Below, piece by piece: positions 58,601 to 63,708 of a stretch of 63,708 nt of DNA. Position 1 is the first letter of the stretch. Each line of letters starts with the position of its first letter. The translations under genes and the position numbers were made by a program. Under the pieces are notes generated by a model, which saw nothing but the letters and a program-made list of their open reading frames with translations, searched no databases and was not told the origin of the DNA. Location: sequence record SRR31156797_886. One strand, 5' to 3'.

Positions 58601-61600
58601 CATCAACTTCCGGTAATAGCTGGAAGGTAAGTACCATGTCATCAGTTACATTATCTACGCAAGGAGTACATGGGTAACCTGTTAGGGTTAAAGTTACTGA
58701 TCCACTGGCAATATCACCAGCTGAAGGTGTATAAACAGCTGTTAATGAGTTGGCATCATCAAATGAACCTGTGCCATCGGTGGTCCATCCATAAGAAGGA
58801 GTACCACATGCAACATCAACGCTGCCGCTCAGCTGGTAATTGGTGTCTTCGCAAATTGTAGCATCTGCACCTGCATCAACTTCAGGAAGATCCTGGATGA
58901 AAATGGTTACAACATCATCAATGTACGATGTACAGGGTTCAAGCGGTTCGGCGGATAATTTCAATTCAGTATATCCCAATCCAATGGCATTGTTCCCTGG
59001 TGAAAAGGTTGGATTCAATGCTGAAGCATCGTCGAATGTTCCATCACCAGCCAGGTTATCAGTCCATAAGAGGCTTTTGTATTCTGATGCGGTTGCATCA
59101 TCCAAAACAACGGATCCGTTTTCACATACGGTTTTGTCAGTACCTGCATTAACCAGCGGTAACAGCTGAACAGTGATTGTACAATTATCATCATCAAAAG
59201 TTGTACATGGATCGACTCCCGTAACTGTAACTGTTATATTAATTACACCTTGTGCTGCATCAAGTTGGGATAAGGTATATGAAGGATAATCTATGGTGTT
59301 ATCGTCCCAAATATTTGTGCCGTTTCCGGAATACCAGATTACGGATCCTTTTTCGGCATATTCCACGAGTGTGTTATCAAAATGAATGACATCTCCCTCG
59401 CAGGCATCAATATTATCAACAAGAATGTCTACTGTTGGGCTGGCCTGAATGGTTAACGTCATTGTATCTGTATCTTCAACATCACATGGGTCACATGGTA
59501 CTGCTGTCAAGGTAAGTACCACTGATCCGGCAGCAATGTCATCCGTTCCCGGAGTATAAGAAGCAGTAAGTGAACCGGCATCATCAAAATCACCGTCACC
59601 GGCGGTTGACCATTCCTGTCCACATGCATTAGAAACACTTCCATAAAGTTCCCATGAGTCATCATCACAAATTGTAGCGTCGTCACCTGCTTCAGCAGTT
59701 GGAGGCTCCTGGAAAGTAATTACAATCTGGTCGAAATCGCCGGTTGTACAAGGGTCACAGGCGGAAACCTGAACTGAGAGTGTGACTGATCCGGCAATGT
59801 AATCCAGGAGTCCGGGTGTGTATTTAGGATCTTCAATTGTTTCATCATCAAAAGTTCCAAAACCACTTACCGGGGCCCAAAGAATTGTACAACTATTCTC
59901 GATAGTCGCATCCAATTGAACATCGTTACCTACACATGAAGTGATATCGTCACCAGCATCAGCCGTTGGATTAAGCTGGAAGGTCAGTACCATATCATCA
60001 GACTGGCTGGCAGTACATGGTGTACAAGCATATCCTGTAAGTGTAAGTGTAACTGAACCGGCATCTACATCATTTTGTGTTGGATAATAATAGGTAGCAT
60101 CGAATGTACCATCACCACTTGTTGACCATTCGTAGTCAGGTGAGCCACAAGTGTTTTCAAGAGATCCGTCAAGCATAAAGTCTTGATCTTCACAAACAGT
60201 GGCGTCAATACCTGCATCCACTACAGGAAGGTCCTGAATATAGATTGTAACCTGATCTTCCACAACTGTTACACAAGGCTCTAAGGGCTGAGCTTCGAGC
60301 TTCAATGTTGTATACCCAAGATCTATTGCATTTTGCCCTGGTGTAAACTCAGGGTTTAGTAAGGTTGCATCATCAAATGTACCATCTGTTGCCACAATAT
60401 CTGTCCATAGCAGACTTTCTGCTTCAAGCGCTGTTGCATCGCTAAGCATTGCACTGCCATCCTCGCATATAGTTTGATCTGCTCCGGCATCAATCACAGG
60501 CAGTTGCTGAACGCTTATTGTACACTGGTCATCATCTAAAACAGAACAAGGATCCATTGCAGTAGCCTGCACAGTAATGTTAACAAATCCCTGAATAGCA
60601 TCACTCTGTGATAAAGTATAGGTTGGATAGTCGAGTGTATTATCACTCCAATCACCACTTCCGTTTACGGCTACCCAGATTGCAGCATTATGATTGGCAT
60701 AATCAACAAGGTTTGTAAAATCAAATACGGTTTGTTCACAAACCAGCGTATCGTCAAACAGGATATCTACGGATGGATTTAACTGAATGTAAAGTGTTAC
60801 ATCATCAGTATCTTCAACGGTGCAAGGATCACAAGGTTCTGCTGTAAGGGTCAACGAAGCAAAACCATTATCAATATCCGTTGCACTTGGGGTGTATTCT
60901 GCATTCAATAAAGTGTTATCGTCAAATGTACCACCTGTTAATGAAGACCATTCTTGCCCGCAGGCATCTGTAACACCACCATTCAGTGTGGCTGTTTCAT
61001 CTTCACAAATGGTTTGGTCATCACCTGCATCAGCAACCGGAGCCCTTTGAATATAAATTGTAACCCGGTCTGTCTGGCCTGTTGAACATGGTGAACAAGC
61101 AGCAGCCAGTACTTCCAATGTTACGGATCCATTTTGAATTTCATTGAATCCAAATGTATACTCAGGATCTTCAATATTTGGATCATCAAATGAACCACTG
61201 CCATCAATCTTTGTCCAGGTGATGGCACATTCATTTTCAATTGTTGCATCAAGCGAAACAGTTACATCTTCGCAAACTGTTTGGTCAATACCTGCATCAA
61301 CAGTCGGCAATGGAGCAACTTCAATATCAAATTCACAGAAATTAGTACAACTTGTTGAAGGATCAGTATAAGTGTACTTAATCGTATATGTTCCAACGCC
61401 TACACTCGGGTCAAAACTTCCGGCGCTAACGCCTGTTCCCTCGTATGTACCCCCTGTTGGCAATCCACCGGTAAGTGTTACCGGATCTGCATCTTCACAA
61501 ACATCGAATGAACCTGGGCATGTTACTATTGGCAAAGCATTAACTGTAATATCAAAGGTGCATTCTCCGTCGCATCCGGTAACCGGATCAACATATAAAT

Positions 61601-62639
61601 AAGTGATGGTGTGCTGGCCTTCACCAGCTGCAGCTGGATCAAAAGTTCCACCAGAAACGCCATCACCACTGTATGTTCCACCTACTGGAGTTGCTCCTGA
61701 AAGTGAAAATGGATCATCATCAATACAAACCGGAAAATCATCAGGGCATTGTACATCGGGGAGTGGGTTAATGGTCAGGATCATATCATCTGAATCCGGA
61801 TCACAATATTGATTTTCAGCAGTAAGTGTAAGTGTTACTGTTTCATTTATAATATCGTTTGCTCCTGGCGTATAAATTGCATCAAGTGCTGTATCATCAT
61901 CAAATGTACCATCACCGTCGGTAGCCCAGGAAGATGAAGTAGCATTTGTTGTTGAACCACTTAGTTGATAGGTGTCACCTTCACAAATTTCATCATCTGA
62001 ACCGGCATCTGCGTCAATTTCATCGCTGAAAGTTAAAATAAAGCTGTCGTTTTGAATAGCAACACAGGGTGATGAGGGCTGCACAACAAGGTTAATTGTA
62101 ACCTCTCCGTTGCTTAAGTCAAAAGCACCCGGAATGTAGGTAGGATTTAAAACTGTGGAACTGGGCTGAAATACTCCATCAAACCCACCATTCCATGAAA
62201 AAAAGTTGTACGACCCGCCATTAATTTCGGCATCTGCAATGACATAATTATTTCCGCCGCAAATTGTTGCATCTGGTCCGGCATATGGTTCCGGAAGCTG
62301 GGCAAGCGTAAGCGTCATGTCGTCTACAGCATCCGACTCACCGGTCATTGAAGCAGTGAGGGTAAGCACAACTGAATTACCGTCAGCAGCACCCGGATAA
62401 TAAATGGGATTCAAAACAGTGTTTTCACTGAATGTTCCGTTCCCGGATGTTTCCCATAATAAGCTCTCATATCCGGAGGCTGTAGCATCTGAAAGCTCAT
62501 AGGTCTGGTTTTCGCAAATGGTCGCATCCGAACCAGCATCAGCAGTTGGCTGTGCAAAAGCTTCGGCAGCGTTACCCATCATAAGTATTACCAACGAAAA
62601 GATGTAATACTTTTTAAGTAAATCGTACACTTTTTTCAT
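49650..62639 (-). CDS. Giant (4329 aa) acidic, Cys-rich repeat surface protein with T9SS type A C-terminal sorting domain
   Basis: Signal peptide ending AEAFA; about 31 copies of an ~88-aa module (AG.D.TIC...W.T.GDGTFDD...Y.PG..D...G.V.L.L.A.P..PC...D...L.IQ..P), plus about 10 related Ig-like modules and a Big-like domain; CTD IFPNPATD...LQPGVYFVK...KRLVIR. Confidence 0.9.
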   Translation of the reverse strand: MKKVYDLLKKYYIFSLVILMMGNAAEAFAQPTADAGSDATICENQTYELSDATASGYESLLWETSGNGTFSENTVLNPIYYPGAADGNSVVLTLTASMTGESDAVDDMTLTLAQLPEPYAGPDATICGGNNYVIADAEINGGSYNFFSWNGGFDGVFQPSSTVLNPTYIPGAFDLSNGEVTINLVVQPSSPCVAIQNDSFILTFSDEIDADAGSDDEICEGDTYQLSGSTTNATSSSWATDGDGTFDDDTALDAIYTPGANDIINETVTLTLTAENQYCDPDSDDMILTINPLPDVQCPDDFPVCIDDDPFSLSGATPVGGTYSGDGVSGGTFDPAAAGEGQHTITYLYVDPVTGCDGECTFDITVNALPIVTCPGSFDVCEDADPVTLTGGLPTGGTYEGTGVSAGSFDPSVGVGTYTIKYTYTDPSTSCTNFCEFDIEVAPLPTVDAGIDQTVCEDVTVSLDATIENECAITWTKIDGSGSFDDPNIEDPEYTFGFNEIQNGSVTLEVLAAACSPCSTGQTDRVTIYIQRAPVADAGDDQTICEDETATLNGGVTDACGQEWSSLTGGTFDDNTLLNAEYTPSATDIDNGFASLTLTAEPCDPCTVEDTDDVTLYIQLNPSVDILFDDTLVCEQTVFDFTNLVDYANHNAAIWVAVNGSGDWSDNTLDYPTYTLSQSDAIQGFVNITVQATAMDPCSVLDDDQCTISVQQLPVIDAGADQTICEDGSAMLSDATALEAESLLWTDIVATDGTFDDATLLNPEFTPGQNAIDLGYTTLKLEAQPLEPCVTVVEDQVTIYIQDLPVVDAGIDATVCEDQDFMLDGSLENTCGSPDYEWSTSGDGTFDATYYYPTQNDVDAGSVTLTLTGYACTPCTASQSDDMVLTFQLNPTADAGDDITSCVGNDVQLDATIENSCTILWAPVSGFGTFDDETIEDPKYTPGLLDYIAGSVTLSVQVSACDPCTTGDFDQIVITFQEPPTAEAGDDATICDDDSWELYGSVSNACGQEWSTAGDGDFDDAGSLTASYTPGTDDIAAGSVVLTLTAVPCDPCDVEDTDTMTLTIQASPTVDILVDNIDACEGDVIHFDNTLVEYAEKGSVIWYSGNGTNIWDDNTIDYPSYTLSQLDAAQGVINITVTVTGVDPCTTFDDDNCTITVQLLPLVNAGTDKTVCENGSVVLDDATASEYKSLLWTDNLAGDGTFDDASALNPTFSPGNNAIGLGYTELKLSAEPLEPCTSYIDDVVTIFIQDLPEVDAGADATICEDTNYQLSGSVDVACGTPSYGWTTDGTGSFDDANSLTAVYTPSAGDIASGSVTLTLTGYPCTPCVDNVTDDMVLTFQLLPEVDAGADADVCESGFFLLEAEAYNYFGVMWSTDGDGTFDDAMTLNPTYYPGTGDATAGTVTLTIVAYAIDPCTQSTSDDIVLNVQPLPIADAGDDDTACETGYTFLDGAVAVYNNSNLEWTTNGDGTFDDSMELLATYYPGSSDVGAGIVTLTLVANPIHPCVISDQDDMNLVVIEAAVVDAGPDATICDSDSFILEDATAENYETITWTSDGDGSFDDVTSMNPTYYPGTDDIENGSVQLCIEATSIDPCTAIPEDCMILTIQGSPTADAGGDGTLCETGNEVTGVATNESSTAWTTDGDGTFEDATAATTTYYPGAGDILNGSVTLTFTANPIDPCTLEASDNAYFMIQELPVADAGADKTICETGTNTMNGSVDNACGSLWETAGDGTFDVPSSLTAVYTPGTNDLIAGQVSLTLIAQPCSPCDVEDTDEMVLYFQVEPESYAGEDDTFCEDAIFLNDATVANNASILWTTSGDGTWSNAFTLNPQYFPGDVDKTNGEVTLTITATPIMPCDVAAKDDIVITIELNPVVVDLDDATICEDDTYTIPVSSTADNYSSIEWSTSGTGTFDDPSAEAPTYTPSQDDIDAGSVELCIDVYPIDVCVLELQECMTLTIQKLPTVFAGDDDTSCGIDPYPLVDATAENYQDGSVLWTTSGDGTFSSNSELNPTYYPGPFDESNLSVTLQVQVSPIAPCDVAPVTDQLVIFIQLEPTVDAGADGTACEDGSYALDATAADYSTLLWTTSGDGTFDDPTMEDATYYPVSSDVPEVTLTLTAQPEDPCTAPVSDDIALTIQVIPTVDAGSDATICENGSYTFTDASAMDYSSLAWSGGTGSFDNGDQLDATYNAGVGETGDVELTLTAQPIDPCTTAVDDFMTLTINPLPELTDLTLQGSLAELPPSFDPLSGDLVDGFGMCLNGEEGTHYWLDVDALTATQTLETGFFNEFYHTATVPADFFAYWADRGVVSGAGGWQGIMWEIINGNQPIFYLVYDGADYVLIDGLQYQNIPSEELPLTIPGNYPQGLYNFTGTIKDVNGCISDDITVAITFGHAPVANAGDDAEICEDGTYVLSTASVENASGQMWTTGGDGTFDEATDVNAEYTPGTQDAADGSVELCLVAEPIEPCFVNSEADCMTLTIQRQPTVFAGDDDTSCGLEPFMLSDATAEDYQAILWTTSGDGTFDDDTSVNPTYNPGIGDQANLSVTLTISASPIAPCVGQSIEDEIVIFIQLSPSADAGADAEICENDTYTLVNASVENNDGQSWSTGGDGTFDDDTALNPTYYPGTDDIANGSVELCLVALAQDPCTINSDPDCMILTFKPLPIADAGDDGVVCEDGTYQISGASVENADGQLWSTDGDGSFSDANALNPMYYPGTDDVTNGSVELCLVALPQDPCVTNSEPDCMTLDVQYLPIANAGDDATTCANELYQLNGSVEYSTSYIWSTSGDGTFDDENSLTATYTPSLDDLNDGNVTLTLTAFAESPCTGQDADDMVLFFNEEPAVIFANEDGQFYQDATLTYCFDETVTITLDEILSGTAPFDFEWDVYEGVDFVESGSAYGVELDGELFSNTYPAGEYTISLTLLEDANDCSPTDISVYSVNIVVNPQPNPFFTIDDDPLLPGGEYNYCYDVTEVMLALVEEQGGQTSVGTAPFDISFSVNGGTPFDFVDVNFGDEIDLLDYTTAAPGEYNIQVTSVVDDKGCAIPEQVLLNYYYFTVNIHAEPALIFAANGTQFYEGATLEYCEGETVTISLDEVLSGEGPFDIAWTVDGDPDNADGVNVGDNLFSGPLAAGTYPVQITSIVDANGCEPADYTPYNATVVVAPPPALIFAANGDPFYEGETLYYCFDENIEVTLNEILLGTAPFTIEWEVNGDPGSASDIDLVNNVLFSDVLSAGTYNVQITSITDANGCSPLDVSMYNATFVVYPQPNPFFTIDDDPLLPGGEFEYCYDVSEIMLALVEEQGGQTSVGTPPFDISISINGGSDIDFDDVNFGDDFNLADYTSGPDTYNVQVTSVVDANGCAIPVTVLNNYYYFTVTINPEPTLAVTLDGSTPLAVNEYCWDDDFEICLTGVEGTPEWTVEWAVSGPSGTFGDVMTGTSDCFPFSAADYLPGTYDLTIVSLTDADGCTTSQTTLDSYAFQIEILPEPTLEVTLDGDAPEALNMFCDNESFEICLTGVEGLPDWTVEWAVTGPSGPFGDIMTGTSECFPFNAADFLPGTYDLTIVSLTDANGCVTSQATLDTYAFQIEIVASPTAYAGEDATICEGEDFPLADATAENYSALFWSSNGQGDFDDPTAMNPTYLVDPADVGNTVIIFLVAQPNSPCLAIANDNLSLYIQPAPVAYAGADASVCEGEVYSLDDATAEFTTSTLWETADGLGSFADETVVNTSYLPVAGDLGNTITLCLTAEPVDPCSTADEDCMTLFVQPLATAFAGNDATIQSDETYTLSEAAATNYSGLLWSTSGDGAFDDNTALMPTYTPGMQDIIDGEVLLTLTAVGVDPCGNDMHNMVLTIEGIPPVVEITSPVDGTFFNYSPILVEGTASDFDGFVSFVEVRVNGGAWQLATGTENWSIEVQLDPCLNTIEARATDTQFLESEIDAVTDIKLNGQLLEMKQGWSYISSYIEATDPDLYTLEDYIVPANNLVIMLNDEGSIFWPSEEVNNLGDWNTQYGYKIKSNVDGSWLLAGENTANQTITLDVGPNIFPVLTNVDYPLPGDFNDEDILIIFELQTARIYWPDGGLYTLTELKPGFGYLGNFFNSFDITYPEYVDCELKAGSNDVEYVTNVSPWELERTASVHFISITNDAVEELDNAQFIGAFDASGMCVGYADVREKADNYLLTVYGDESATGWKDGATLGEAINLVAYNGVEEDIVARYDMSMPNFDGRYANNGLSKITSFKESSTGIGGVATSDMIKIFPNPATDVVSIFYPVNAQVDVTFTNASGSVVMTHEMSEQESQIDVSNLQPGVYFVKFESKGSTAVKRLVIR

Positions 62640-62798
62640 AAACTGTTATTTTAAATGATTAAATTATAATTAGTTATTTCAATACCGTTAAAGTAATTTT
62701 ATTCAATGAAAATTCAGGAAAAGTATGTGTATTCAAATTTAGAACAAGTAAATAACTCACTTTTAAAAAAGCTTAACATATTACCCTCCTTAGCTAAA

Positions 62799-62806
62799 CA
62801 AACATA
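62799..62806 (-). promoter_or_regulatory. -7 box TATGTTTG for the giant gene
   Basis: TAnnTTTG on the minus strand about 160 nt upstream of ATG 62639. Confidence 0.45.
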
Positions 62807-63183
62807 CGAAGTTAATTTGACTTATTAAAAAGCCGACCTTCTATTTAAACCTAATTAACATTTTTTAACATTTGTTCATATCTCCGCCATTCCCCGATTA
62901 GTCTTGGTTGTGTTGTTCATAACCCAATCAATTTAGAACCATTAAAAAAAGTGAATTAACATTTTTTTAAGATACATTTCATGAAGGTAAATAAATGATT
63001 TTTTTTGCTTTTATATAAATTGGTAAGGTTTTTAGTTGTTCTGGATTTTCCCAAAATAAGAATCGATTGTTAAAAAAAATTCAGGCCTGAACTGATCAAT
63101 TCTCAATAGCAATCTTAACGGTTATACATGCCATAATAAGCATATATAGCCTGAATTTCAGGCTAAAACAAAAAATGATTCGT

Positions 63184-63214
63184 AAAAAAAAGCCCCGGAA
63201 TTTATCCGGGGCTT
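63184..63214 (-). terminator. Intrinsic terminator of the upstream T9SS cargo gene
   Basis: A8, GCCCCGGA/TCCGGGGC; nearly identical to the terminator at 49593-49628. Confidence 0.85.
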
Positions 63215-63245
63215 CATTTGTTTTACAAAATAATCATTCAACAAA

Positions 63246-63708
63246 CTATTGAATAACAAGTTTCTGAATAACCTGGCCCTGACTTTCTGAAGTAACCTTG
63301 ACAAAGTAAACTCCGGGAACAAGGTCAGTTAAACTGATTTGTGTTACATTTTGCTCCACACCAATAGCTTTAACTGTGCCTCCCTGAGCGCTCATCAGCT
63401 CAACCACAACATTTTTAAATGAATGGCCAATTTCAATATTCACTACATCCCTGGCAGGATTCGGGAAGATGGAAACGGATGAACTCAGGCTTGCATCAGC
63501 AATTCCTGTTGAGGACTTGTAGAAGTTGGTGATCAGCGAGAGGCCTTTAACAGCGAAGTTGCCATCGTGGTTTGGCATGGCTGGATCATACTCAGCCGTA
63601 AGGGCTACCTCGGTTCCTGAGTAACTGTCGTAGGCTGTGAAGTTGATCTGCTCACCTGCTGTCGCACCATCCTTTATCTCCGTCCAGGTGTTGTCACCGA
63701 ATACCACC
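63246..63708 (-). CDS. 3' end of another T9SS type A cargo protein, paralogous to the giant protein's C-terminus (truncated by the window)
   Basis: KDGAT.GE.I...AY...A.YD..MPN.DG..A..GLS.IT.F..SSTGI...IFPNPA.DVV...L.PGVYFVK...KLVIQ aligns with the end of 49650-62639. Confidence 0.88.
   Translation of the reverse strand, partial: VVFGDNTWTEIKDGATAGEQINFTAYDSYSGTEVALTAEYDPAMPNHDGNFAVKGLSLITNFYKSSTGIADASLSSSVSIFPNPARDVVNIEIGHSFKNVVVELMSAQGGTVKAIGVEQNVTQISLTDLVPGVYFVKVTSESQGQVIQKLVIQ

Noticed and set aside
49650-62639. Recurrent DNA words such as TCAAATGTACCATCACC as a CRISPR or nucleotide repeat array
   Set aside because: They encode the GDGTFD motif of the ~88-aa protein modules, vary at third codon positions and lie in one continuous ORF.
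10085-63214. Several similar A-run/CCCGG...CCGGG hairpins (10085, 25623, 49424, 49593, 63184) as a REP or MITE family
   Set aside because: Most lie just after stop codons with U-tracts and have differing loops; ordinary intrinsic terminators explain them.
1-63708. Mobile elements, prophage, defence systems, rRNA/tRNA
   Set aside because: No transposase, integrase, phage, restriction/toxin or structural-RNA signatures were seen.

Overview
Chromosomal window from a Bacteroidota bacterium, most likely a Bacteroidales lineage. This is supported by the T9SS/gliding genes porU, porP/sprF and gldJ, by TAnnTTTG promoter boxes, and by the conserved gldJ-murF, lpxK-punA, pyrE-purE/hpt-obgE and sigma54-regulator-lptE gene orders. 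It carries about 41 protein-coding genes, mostly housekeeping, envelope and peptide-scavenging functions. I saw no rRNA, tRNA, CRISPR array or mobile element. Six things stand out. (1) An intact but apparently catalytically dead GAPDH paralogue is translationally coupled (ATGA overlap plus a strong Shine-Dalgarno) to an active GAPDH; it keeps the tetramer-interface S-loop, so it is a candidate heteromeric or regulatory subunit, and a third gap gene lies 11 kb away. (2) A 4329-aa, very acidic T9SS cargo protein is built from about 41 Ig-like modules whose cysteine pattern implies disulfide staples between neighbouring modules; a paralogous cargo gene lies next to it. (3) A ~225-nt intergenic stretch (21097-21321) is almost entirely inverted repeats and includes a perfect, branch-mobile four-way junction. 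(4) A three-gene outer-membrane operon includes a lipoprotein with a ZU5-like HF/S autoproteolysis motif. (5) A probable second PorU-like gene sits in tandem with porU. (6) Two more pseudo-enzyme candidates occur: an SxxS TlpA and a Cys-less transglutaminase-like partner. All family calls are by motif recognition only; no searches were run.
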